Below are positions 24,238 to 33,191 of a stretch of 64,000 bases of DNA, one piece after another. A model generated the notes under the pieces. It saw only the letters and a list, made by a program, of their open reading frames with translations, was not told the DNA's origin and searched no databases. The translations under genes were made by a program, and so were the position numbers. Origin of the DNA: an uncultured bacterium (GTDB taxonomy: Bacteria > Krumholzibacteriota > Krumholzibacteriia > LZORAL124-64-63); the NCBI GenBank assembly GCA_963732385.1, contig CAVSZB010000007.1, positions 896,001 through 960,000 on the forward strand, in the 5' to 3' direction. Positions within the stretch are counted from its first letter, which is position 1; every line of letters begins with the position of its first letter.

Positions 24238-24517
24238 CCGTTTGCTCCCGGTCTGGAAGGGGACAGGCGATCCGCGCGCAGGCGCAAGGGCGCGCAATAC
24301 CCAGGCGCCGCGCAGGCGATTCGTGACGCCAACTCCGCAGGCGGCATGCATGGAACATGCCCTGAAGCGAAGTGTGATGATTGTTTAACGTGCCTAATGA
24401 TACCGCATTGGTGCGCCGGGATTCCCTGGAGGATCCTCGATGTTCGGCCGTGACTGCGGTTTGCCTGAACTCGGCGGATCTTTTGCACGGGGGAAATGCC
24501 CCGGCCCCGCCCGACAG

Positions 24518-24580
24518 TGCGGCAACGACGACTGCGGCCAGATGTCGGCGTGGTACATCTTCAGCGCGATGGGTTTCTAC
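24518..24580 (+). pseudogene. Fragment of a GH92 alpha-mannosidase gene
   Basis: CGNDDCGQMSAWYIFSAMGFY is the GH92 signature, but no long ORF surrounds it. Confidence 0.75.
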
Positions 24581-24635
24581 AACTACGGCCGTACCAGTCA
24601 AGGGTGGGCGTGCCGGATTTGCGCTCCGACGGAGT

Positions 24636-27600
24636 TCAGGCGCGGACCTCTCCCTTCCGGCCCACCCTCGTCTGGAATCGGTCGAGATAGGTAAAAAACA
24701 CCGGTGTCACGTAGAGCGTTATCAACTGCGAAAAGAGCAGGCCGCCCACGACGCACAAACCGAGCGGCCGCCGCGCCTCCGCCCCCGCGCCCAGTCCCAG
24801 CGCGATCGGCAGGGTGCCCATCAGCGCGGCCATCGTGGTCATCATGATCGGCCGGAAGCGGATGCTGCACGCCTTCACGATGGCCGCCTCGGCGCCCATC
24901 CCTGAGCGCTTCGCGTCGAGCGCGAAGTCGATCATCATGATGGCGTTCTTCTTCACGACGCCGATCAGCATGATCAGGCCGACAAAACTGTACAGGCTCA
25001 GGTCGGTGCGGAAAATCAGCAGGGTCAGCAGCGCGCCGAAGAGGGCGAACGGCAGTCCGGTCAGGATCGTGATCGGGTGGACGAAGCTCTCGTAGAGGAT
25101 GCCCAGGATCAGGTAGATGACGAGAACGGCGAGGATCAGCAGGGCCGCCAGGCCGGACTGCGAAGCCTTGAACGCCTGCGCGGTGCCCGCGAAGCTCGTG
25201 ACGATGGACGAAGGCAGCGTATCGCGCGCGACCCTGTTGACGATCGCCACCCCCTCGCTCAACGCCACCCCCTCGCCGAGGTTGAAAGACACCGTCACCG
25301 ACGGCAACTGCCCCGAGTGGTTCACGGTGAGCGGGCCCAGACCGGTCTCGATGCGGGCGAGCGAGGACAACGGCACCAACCCGCCGTCCACGGCGCGCAC
25401 GTGGAGCCGGGCGAGGGCCTCCGGATCACGCTGGCGTTCCGGCAGCAGTTCCATCAGCACGTAGTACTGGTTGTTGGGCGCCAGGATGGTCGACACCTGG
25501 CGGGTGCCGAACGCCGAGTAGAGCGCGTTCTCGATCGCCTGCGGCGTCACGCCGAGCGAGGCGGCGCGGTCGCGATCGATGATCACATCCACCTCGGGAT
25601 TGCTCACGCGCAGGTCGCTGTTGATGTCACGCAGTTTCGCTTCCTGCCGCAGCCGCGACTCGAACGCGGGGGCGGAGGCGTACAACGCCTCCAGGTCGGA
25701 CGACTGCAGCGTGAACTGGTAGAGGCCCGACGCGAAACGCGCGCCGACGTTGATGGCTGGCGGGTTGGCGAGGAACACGCGGATGCCCGGGATCCGGGCC
25801 AGCCGTCCGCGCAGGCTGCTGACGACCTGGTCGGCGTTCAGCGGCCGTTCACGGCGCGGCTTCAGGCGCAGGAAGACCCGTCCCTGGTTGCCGGACGTGC
25901 TCGACCCGCCCGCGCCCACGCTCGACATGAAGACCTCGATGTTCGGATCCTGCGCGAGCGCCGCTGCCACCGACTGCTGGTGCGTCTGCATCGCCTCGAA
26001 CGACAGCCCCTCCGCCCCCTCCGTCGTCCCCGTGAGGAATCCGTTGTCCGAGCTGGGGATGAAGCCCTTGGGAACCACGCGAAACAGGATCATGGTGCCG
26101 GCGAACACCGCGACCGACACCAGCAGCGTGGCCACCTTGTGCCGCATCGCCACGGCCAGCGTCCGCTCGTACAGCGCGAGGCCGCCCACCCACACCCGCT
26201 CGATGCCGTCGTACATCCGGTTATGCTTCATCTTCTGGGGCCGCAGGAATCGACTGCACATCATCGGCGTCAGCGAGAGCGACACGAATCCCGAGACCAG
26301 GATCGCCGCCATGATGACGACCGCGAACTCCCGGAACAGGCGCCCCATGATCCCGCCCATGAACAGGATCGGGATGAACACCGCGGCCAGCGACAGCGTC
26401 ATCGACACGATGGTGAACCCGACCTCGCGCGCCCCCTCGACGGCGGCCGCGAACGGCGTCTTTCCCATCTCCATGTGCCGGTAGATGTTCTCCAGCATCA
26501 CGATGGCATCGTCCACGACGAAGCCGACCGACAGAGTCAGGGCCATCAGCGACAGGTTGTCGAGGCTGTAGCCCAGCAGCGACATCACCGCGAACGTGCC
26601 GGCGATCGACATCGGCAGGGCGAGACTGGGGATCACGGTGGCGGAGAGGTTGCGCAGGAACAGGAAGATCACCAGGATCACGAGGCAGAGTGTCAGCACG
26701 AGGGTGCCCTTGACATCGCGGACCGACTCGCGGACCGGCTGGGCACGGTCGAACATCACGGTCAGCTTCGTGGAGGCCGGCAGCTGGCTCTGGAAGCTGG
26801 GCAGCAGCGCCTGAACCGCCCGCGACACCGCATCGGTGTTCGTGCCGGGCTGACGCTGCACCGCCAGCATGATCGCACGCTCGTTGTTGAACCAGCTGGC
26901 GACCTTGTCGTTCTGGACGCTGTCGAAGACGCGACCGAGGTCCTGCAGACGGACCGGCGAGCCGTTGCGATACGCCACCACGATCGGCCGGTACTCCGCC
27001 GCCGTGTTCAGCTGGCCGGTGGCCCGTATGGTGTAGACCTTGTCGGGGCCCCACAGCGTGCCGGTCGGCAGATTGACGTTGCCCGCCTGGATCGCCTGCA
27101 CCACCTCGTCGATGCCGATGCCGCGCGAGGAGAGCGCCAGCGGATCGAGCTGGATGCGAACCGCGTACTTCTGCGAGCCGTAGACCTGAACCTGGGCCAC
27201 GCCGCTCACCATCGAGATGCGCCGGGCGATCAGCGTCTGCGCGTATTCGTCCACCGTCGACAGCGGCAACGCCGGCGAGGTGAGCGCGATGTAGAGGATC
27301 GGCTGGTCGGCCGGGTTCACCTTCCGGTAGGACGGCGGCGACGGCAGGTCGCTCGGCAGCTGTCGCTGCACCGCGGCGATAGCGGCCTGCACGTCCTGGG
27401 CGGCGGCGTCGATGTTGCGCTCCAGGCTGAACTGGATGGTGATCGACGTCGAGCCCAGGCCGCTCGTGGAGGTCATGTTGTCGATGCCGGCGATCGTGGA
27501 GAACTGTTTCTCGAGCGGCGTGGCCACTGCCGAAGCCATCGTTTCCGGGCTGGCGCCGGGCAGGCTCGCCGACACCGAGATCGTCGGGAAGTCCACGTTC

Positions 27601-27704
27601 GGCAGGTCGCTTACCGGCAGTTGCCGGTAGCCGATGACGCCCGCCACGAGGATGGCCAGCATGACGAGCGTCGTCATGACCGGCCGGCGAATGAAGAGGC
27701 TCAT
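24636..27704 (-). CDS. RND efflux permease (AcrB/MdtB-C family)
   Basis: LPNVDFPTI, GFVVDDAIVMLENI, GVVKKNAIMMIDFA, RFRPIMMTT. Confidence 0.95.
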   Translation of the reverse strand: MSLFIRRPVMTTLVMLAILVAGVIGYRQLPVSDLPNVDFPTISVSASLPGASPETMASAVATPLEKQFSTIAGIDNMTSTSGLGSTSITIQFSLERNIDAAAQDVQAAIAAVQRQLPSDLPSPPSYRKVNPADQPILYIALTSPALPLSTVDEYAQTLIARRISMVSGVAQVQVYGSQKYAVRIQLDPLALSSRGIGIDEVVQAIQAGNVNLPTGTLWGPDKVYTIRATGQLNTAAEYRPIVVAYRNGSPVRLQDLGRVFDSVQNDKVASWFNNERAIMLAVQRQPGTNTDAVSRAVQALLPSFQSQLPASTKLTVMFDRAQPVRESVRDVKGTLVLTLCLVILVIFLFLRNLSATVIPSLALPMSIAGTFAVMSLLGYSLDNLSLMALTLSVGFVVDDAIVMLENIYRHMEMGKTPFAAAVEGAREVGFTIVSMTLSLAAVFIPILFMGGIMGRLFREFAVVIMAAILVSGFVSLSLTPMMCSRFLRPQKMKHNRMYDGIERVWVGGLALYERTLAVAMRHKVATLLVSVAVFAGTMILFRVVPKGFIPSSDNGFLTGTTEGAEGLSFEAMQTHQQSVAAALAQDPNIEVFMSSVGAGGSSTSGNQGRVFLRLKPRRERPLNADQVVSSLRGRLARIPGIRVFLANPPAINVGARFASGLYQFTLQSSDLEALYASAPAFESRLRQEAKLRDINSDLRVSNPEVDVIIDRDRAASLGVTPQAIENALYSAFGTRQVSTILAPNNQYYVLMELLPERQRDPEALARLHVRAVDGGLVPLSSLARIETGLGPLTVNHSGQLPSVTVSFNLGEGVALSEGVAIVNRVARDTLPSSIVTSFAGTAQAFKASQSGLAALLILAVLVIYLILGILYESFVHPITILTGLPFALFGALLTLLIFRTDLSLYSFVGLIMLIGVVKKNAIMMIDFALDAKRSGMGAEAAIVKACSIRFRPIMMTTMAALMGTLPIALGLGAGAEARRPLGLCVVGGLLFSQLITLYVTPVFFTYLDRFQTRVGRKGEVRA

Positions 27705-28873
27705 CGGGAGCCTCCCTGCGCCGGCTGGGCCGGTTTCACGTCCACGACCGTCCCCGGCACGAGCCGCATCTGACCGTCGGTCACGACCGTTTCGCCGTCG
27801 CTCAGGTCGCCCGTCACGACGGTGAGTCCGTCGAGGGTGCGATCCACCTGCACGACGCGCTTCTCAGCCTTGCCGTCGGCGCCGACGACGAAGACGAACG
27901 GGCCCTCCCGTCCGGTCACGACGGCGGCGGCCGGCACGGTCAGCGCGGTCGACTCGACCGCGAGGACCAGAGCGACGTCCAAGAACTGCCCCGGCCAGAG
28001 CGCGCCGTCGAGGTTCGGGAACTCCGCCTTCAGCATCACGGTGCCGCTGCCGCCATCGACGGCGTTGTCCACGAAGACCAGGCGACCGCTGAGCTCCTCG
28101 CCCGCGCCGTCGCGCGACGACCGCGCGCGCACCGCGAGCGCTCCGCCGGCCGCGTGCTTCCGCACGAGCGGCAGCTGGTCGCCCGGCACGGCGAAATTGA
28201 CGCGGATCGGACGCAACTGGTTGACGACGACCAGCGGAGCGCCGTTGGGCGCGACGACATTCCCCTTCTTCACCAGGATGCTCCCCGTGCGGCCGGCCAC
28301 CGGCGACGACACGGTGGCGTAGGCAAGGTTCAACTTCGCCTGCTCCACCGCCGCGCGATCGGCCTGCACGGCGGCCCGGAAAACGTCCGCCTGGGTGCGG
28401 GCGGCATCGAACTGCTCGCGCGTCACGTAGTCCTTGGCCACCAGCCGCTCGTAGCGCGCGGCCTGGGCGGCAGCGTTGGCGGCCTGCGCCTCATCGCGCG
28501 CGAGCTGGGCCTGAGCCGCCGCGAGCGCCGCCTGCAGCGGCCGCGGGTCGATCTGGAACAGCGGCTCGCCCGCCCCGACGTCAGCGCCCTCAATGAATGC
28601 CACGCGCGTGATCACGCCTCCCACCTGCGGACGGACCGCCACCGACTCGATCGGCTCGACCGTCCCCACCGCCTCCAGCAGCAACGGCACGGACTGCACC
28701 TTCACCGCACCGGTCACGACCGGCACGGGCGGTGCCTTCGCGACCGGCCTGGCGCCCAGGCCCGCGAGGGCGAGCACGGCGGCGAGCAGCGTCAGCAGGG
28801 GAGCGGGGCCGGCCTGGGCGGCACGCGGCCGCCGCGGGCCCGCCGGCGCGGAGCGACTGGTCATCGCCGTCAT
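27701..28873 (-). CDS. RND periplasmic adaptor (MdtA-like)
   Basis: VRPQVGG, FQIDPRP, SPVAGRTG, VDNAVD..GTV.LKA, LWPGQF. Confidence 0.93.
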   Translation of the reverse strand: MTAMTSRSAPAGPRRPRAAQAGPAPLLTLLAAVLALAGLGARPVAKAPPVPVVTGAVKVQSVPLLLEAVGTVEPIESVAVRPQVGGVITRVAFIEGADVGAGEPLFQIDPRPLQAALAAAQAQLARDEAQAANAAAQAARYERLVAKDYVTREQFDAARTQADVFRAAVQADRAAVEQAKLNLAYATVSSPVAGRTGSILVKKGNVVAPNGAPLVVVNQLRPIRVNFAVPGDQLPLVRKHAAGGALAVRARSSRDGAGEELSGRLVFVDNAVDGGSGTVMLKAEFPNLDGALWPGQFLDVALVLAVESTALTVPAAAVVTGREGPFVFVVGADGKAEKRVVQVDRTLDGLTVVTGDLSDGETVVTDGQMRLVPGTVVDVKPAQPAQGGSR

Positions 28874-30360
28874 GGTTCCACCTCGGGGTGCAGGTTGTCC
28901 GGGGACAGGGGATTCGCGCCGTGCAGACCGAGCACGCCCGCGTCGCGGGCGAGCTGCGCCAGTGCCGTGAACCAGCCAAGCCGCGCGTTGATCTGCTGGG
29001 CGCGCGCCGCGGCGAGCGCACGCTGCGCCGACAGCAGCTCCAGGACGTCACCCACGCCCTCGCGATAGCGCCCCAACGCGACCGCTTCGGACTCGCGGGC
29101 GCTGGCCAGCAGTTCGTCGGCCGTCTGCACGCGCTCGGTGGCGGTAAGGAAATCGCTGTGCGCGGTGAAGACCTCGTAGATCACCTGCTGCTCGACCCCG
29201 CGCGTGCGCTCGGCGGCGGCATCGGCCTCGGCCCGCGCCCGCGCCAGGTCGTGCCGACCCGAAAATCCGGCGAACAGCGGGATGTTGAGCACGAGCGCGC
29301 CGCTCAGGCGATCCAGCGGATCGTCCACACCGTCGGTCCAGGTCCGACCGGTCGAGCCGCTCACCGACAGCGCCGGCAACAGGTCCGAGCGGGCGCTCTT
29401 CGCGCGGGCCGCGGCGGCCTGCGCCTGCGCCTGCGCGGCCCGCAGGTCGGGTCGCGTGGCCACGGCCTGCGCGATCAGCTCCTCCACCGTGCGCGCCAGA
29501 CCGTCGACCGGGATGTCGGGCGTGTCGATCGCGATGTCGTACGGCACGTTCGCCGGGTAGCCCATCGACACGGCGAGCGCCCCCTTCGTGGTGCGCACCT
29601 GCCCCTCCGTGGTCTGCAGATCCAGCTTGACCTGCGCGCGGGCCGTGCGCGCCTGCAGCACGTCGGCGATCGTGGCCAGGCCGACCTCGTGCCGCGCCTC
29701 CGCCGCGACGACGCTGCTCTCCGCCTCGGCATACGACACGCGGTTCGCCTCGAGGATCGCCTGCGCCCCCCCGTAGCGGTAGAAGGCCGTCTCCACGGCC
29801 AGGATGGCGTCCTGGAGAACGGCGTTGTGTGTCCAGTCGGCCGCCAGCATCGCCTGCTTCGCCGCCTCGACCCGCCCTCCGCGCCCGCCAAAATCGAGCA
29901 GCAGCCACGAGAGCCCCGCCGCGGGCCCGTAAGTCGTGGACCACGGGGACGTTCCGGTCGCGCCGTCGGTCGTCCGGCTCTGCGCGGAGCCGCCATTGCC
30001 CCGCGTGAGCGCGGCGCTGCCGTTGATCGTCGGCAGACGACTCCCCCGCACGGAGCCATAACCCGCCGCCGCGGCCCTGGCGTCGGCCCAGGCCGCGCGC
30101 GTGACCGGGCTGTTGGCCAGCGCAATGTCCACGACCTCGGCCAGCGTGAGGCGCGCCAGCCGCTCCGCCACTGCCTCGGGCAAGATGGCCGGGCCGACCG
30201 GCGCGCCAGAGACGACTGCTCGCGCCGGCGGCGTCCACGGCTCGGCAGGCGACGGCGCCGTCCCCGCCACCCCGTCCACGCGGGGCGGACTGCTCGCGCA
30301 GCCTGCGGCCAGCAGCGCGGCCAGCGCGAGCGCGGCCGCCGCGCAGGTTCGTGAATACAT
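28870..30360 (-). CDS. TolC family outer membrane efflux lipoprotein
   Basis: Lipobox LAAGC; OEP repeats (LLLDFGGR, RPDL, IPLFAGF, GRYREGVG). Confidence 0.9.
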   Translation of the reverse strand: MYSRTCAAAALALAALLAAGCASSPPRVDGVAGTAPSPAEPWTPPARAVVSGAPVGPAILPEAVAERLARLTLAEVVDIALANSPVTRAAWADARAAAAGYGSVRGSRLPTINGSAALTRGNGGSAQSRTTDGATGTSPWSTTYGPAAGLSWLLLDFGGRGGRVEAAKQAMLAADWTHNAVLQDAILAVETAFYRYGGAQAILEANRVSYAEAESSVVAAEARHEVGLATIADVLQARTARAQVKLDLQTTEGQVRTTKGALAVSMGYPANVPYDIAIDTPDIPVDGLARTVEELIAQAVATRPDLRAAQAQAQAAAARAKSARSDLLPALSVSGSTGRTWTDGVDDPLDRLSGALVLNIPLFAGFSGRHDLARARAEADAAAERTRGVEQQVIYEVFTAHSDFLTATERVQTADELLASARESEAVALGRYREGVGDVLELLSAQRALAAARAQQINARLGWFTALAQLARDAGVLGLHGANPLSPDNLHPEVEP

Positions 30361-30399
30361 TTCGTCCTCCTGACCGTCCGCCGCACGATCACACAGTTG

Positions 30400-30610
30400 A
30401 GAAACAGGTCGCGGCGTTCGTCGAAGCAGCCGAGGTTTCGCGCCAGGAACCGCTCGAGCTTCTCCCCCGGTGCCAGCGGCATGGCGAGGATCGGGAACAG
30501 TTCCTCCCCCAGGGGACGGAGCGCCTCATCCCTCGCCGCCGCCAGCAGCTGCTTCCTGTCTTGGAAATGGAGATAGAGCGCACCTTTGGCGAAACCGGAC
30601 TCGGCGCCAG
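30400..30610 (-). pseudogene. Truncated TetR-family regulator
   Basis: AESGFAKGALYLHFQDRKQLL is the second half of a TetR HTH; helix 1 and a proper start and stop are missing. Confidence 0.65.
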
Positions 30611-30818
30611 GTCCGCCCACCTGCCAGTCCGCCACACAAATGACCGGGCCGTCACTATAAGGACCGGACGGTGAGCCGACAAGAGAAGGGGCAGCAGACC
30701 ATCCGCTGGAACTTGCTGAAAATACCCTCCGGGGGCAGGATTCGGCCGATCTCCCCCTTCGATCCACCGGGAGCACGGGCCACCAGAATGATGAGTTTAA
30801 AATATTCGCCGAAAACAC

Positions 30819-30848
30819 TTGACGAGACATGAGTATTTAATTTAACAT
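30819..30848 (+). promoter_or_regulatory. Sigma70-like promoter of the small peptide gene
   Basis: TTGACG-N18-TAACAT in a locally AT-rich patch. Confidence 0.55.
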
Positions 30849-30907
30849 ATAGTCTCGCTCAGAGAGCGTGCACATACTTTATTTGGCGCACCATGCTAGG
30901 GAGGATT

Positions 30908-31096
30908 ATGAAAATCGGCAGCAGCGGGAAGGACAAAGGCCTGAAAAAGCCTTACCGCAAGCCCACTGTGGACTCACGCGGGCTCAAGCTGGGTGTCTAT
31001 GGCGACTACGGTTGCGACGAGAACAAATCCGGCGGCGGCGATGACGATCATGGCGGTCACCGTCACCGTCACCACAACAGACATCACGGCCTCTAG
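30908..31096 (+). CDS. 62-aa peptide with RiPP-leader-like KKPYRKP motif and His-rich tail
   Basis: GGAGG RBS, own promoter and terminator; MKIGSSGKDKGLKKPYRKPTVDSRGLKLGVYGDYGCDENKSGGGDDDHGGHRHRHHNRHHGL. Confidence 0.7.
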   Translation: MKIGSSGKDKGLKKPYRKPTVDSRGLKLGVYGDYGCDENKSGGGDDDHGGHRHRHHNRHHGL

Positions 31097-31120
31097 GCTG
31101 AACTGTCCGCCCGTACATTT

Positions 31121-31160
31121 GGAGTCCCGCCGGTCCCCCTGGCCGGCGGGACTCTTTTTT
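31121..31160 (+). terminator. Rho-independent terminator
   Basis: gagtcccgccgg..ccggcgggactc followed by TTTTTT. Confidence 0.88.
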
Positions 31161-31374
31161 GAGTGCGGGATCCGTGCAGCCGCCGCCGGCAATCCGAACC
31201 GGAATCGTCGCCCTGCGACCGGATGAATCAGGAGATGCAAAGCGCGCCGCGGTCTGCTATGCACGGCCGAACCGACCCCCGACGCGTTCCCGCGCCTGAC
31301 GGCGCCTTCGCCGCCGCAGAATCGCGTCATCCAGACCACCGGCGCACCGCGCCGTCTCCAGGGAGGGAAAGAGG

Positions 31375-31998
31375 ATGCACGAGGAGATGAGGCACGAGGG
31401 GAAAGACATCGAGGCTAGACTGCAGCGGCTGGAACGACAGAACGGGCGGTGGCGATTGGCGACCGTCGTGCTGCTGCTGCTGGCGGGGGGCGCGCTGCTG
31501 ACCGCGCAGGCGCCACTGCAGAGGCCGGTGGCCCTGGCCCAGCCGGCGAACGTGCCGATCACGACCTCGGCGTTGACGGCCGACAAGATCGTCCTGCGCG
31601 ACGCCGCCGGACGCGTCCGCGCGCGACTCGAGATGGACACCGAGCGCGGCGGCCCCGTGCTGACGATGGCCGACGATTCCGGCGTCGAGCGCCTGCGCCT
31701 CGGGCTCCAGGGCGAGCAGGGCGGCAACGCCAACGGCGTGCACCCCGCCAGCTCATTCCTGATCCTGCAGGACCTCGCGCAGAAACCGCGCCTGATGCTG
31801 ACGTTCGCCGAGGAGGTGACGCGGCGCGGCGGCCAGGTCACCGCCGAAGACAAGCGCTGCGAAACCTTCCTCTGCAGCCGCGATCAGGCCACCCAGGTCC
31901 GCCTCCGCTGCATCGACGACGACGTCATGAGCCTCACCAAACGCTACGCCAACCGCGACGGCATCCATTACGCGAAGTTCTTCCCGTACGAGAAGTAG
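31375..31998 (+). CDS. Hypothetical membrane-anchored or exported protein
   Basis: RLQRLERQN coiled coil, a TM segment, then LRDAAGRVRARL-type beta repeats. Confidence 0.7.
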   Translation: MHEEMRHEGKDIEARLQRLERQNGRWRLATVVLLLLAGGALLTAQAPLQRPVALAQPANVPITTSALTADKIVLRDAAGRVRARLEMDTERGGPVLTMADDSGVERLRLGLQGEQGGNANGVHPASSFLILQDLAQKPRLMLTFAEEVTRRGGQVTAEDKRCETFLCSRDQATQVRLRCIDDDVMSLTKRYANRDGIHYAKFFPYEK

Positions 31999-32059
31999 GG
32001 CGAGACTACGGGACTGGAGGGAGGGGGCGCTGCCGGCCACGGCGGCGCCCCCTCTTGGC

Positions 32060-32866
32060 TCAGCGCAGCACGCCGAACGAGACGCCAATGCGATACGGCC
32101 CCATGACGTGGTTGCCGCCGACGTTGTCCCAGGTCCAGCCTTCGTGGAACAGGTTATCGATGAGCGGATTGGCCACCGGCGAGGCGAAGTCGCCGAACAC
32201 GGTGATCATCGAGCCCTGCCCGACGAAGATGTCCACACCGAGCAGGAAGGTGGCGCCGGACGCCAGGCCGGTGTCGCTGCCCCAGGAACTGGCCCGGTCC
32301 ACCGTGGCGTAGTCGACCGTCCATCTGTAGATGCCGAAACCGGCCCCGACCCACGGGCGGAAGCCGTTCTTCTGGAAGTCGTACTTGGCGCCCAGCCGCA
32401 TCCCGGTCGTGTCCATGTAGAAGTAGGCATCGTCCGTGAACGGCCCGACGATGTGCGATTCGTAATCGGTCATCTCGTACACCCAGAAACTGGTGCTGTA
32501 CTCGTCCTTGACCGCCACCTGCTTGCGGTACGTCGAGTAATTCCCGTCGAAGAACAGCCGCATGGCCGGGCTGACCCGGTAGTCGATCGACAAGCCGAAT
32601 CCGTAGGGGCGCTCGATCGGGTTCATGTCGCCGTAGTCGTCGCCGTTCTGAGGCAACAGTGCGGTCGTGAGCCTGCCGCTCATGCCGAAGCCGCCGAAAC
32701 TCAGACCCCACTTGGGGGGGGTGGGCGCGGTCTCCACTTCGTTGGCCAAGGGCTGCGGGTTTTCCTGCGCCCAGGGCACCCCGCAGGCCGCCAGGATGAA
32801 GACGCTCACCAGCACAAACGTGCGCCAGGGCCGGGCGCAGACCGCGGACAGATTGGGCGAACTCAT
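32060..32866 (-). CDS. Outer membrane beta-barrel protein (OmpW/OMP_b-brl-like)
   Basis: Signal peptide, alternating aromatic strands, FRPWVGAGFG, C-terminal YRIGVSF. Confidence 0.7.
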   Translation of the reverse strand: MSSPNLSAVCARPWRTFVLVSVFILAACGVPWAQENPQPLANEVETAPTPPKWGLSFGGFGMSGRLTTALLPQNGDDYGDMNPIERPYGFGLSIDYRVSPAMRLFFDGNYSTYRKQVAVKDEYSTSFWVYEMTDYESHIVGPFTDDAYFYMDTTGMRLGAKYDFQKNGFRPWVGAGFGIYRWTVDYATVDRASSWGSDTGLASGATFLLGVDIFVGQGSMITVFGDFASPVANPLIDNLFHEGWTWDNVGGNHVMGPYRIGVSFGVLR

Positions 32867-33191
32867 GGTGTCACCTTTCCGGACTGAAGTGGTCTGACGC
32901 AGGAAAGATCGAGGGGCTCTCTGCTACTCGGTTTCGGCGGGACGCGCCCCGCGTGGGCACCTAGTGACCTGATCACAACGGAGACACATCACACCGTTAT
33001 CGGTGCGCGGCGCAGCCGACCTGAGCCGAAGGTGACGGGAATGAGGAGGTTGCGCAGCGGATTTCGACTCGCCGCCCTGCGCCGGCACGGTGGACCGCCC
33101 ATCGGGCGGGTGGTAGATTGACGAGCGGGACAGGCGCCGGTCCGCCGCCGCGGCAGGCCGCCACCGGCCGGCCCCCATCCCGGAGTCGACC

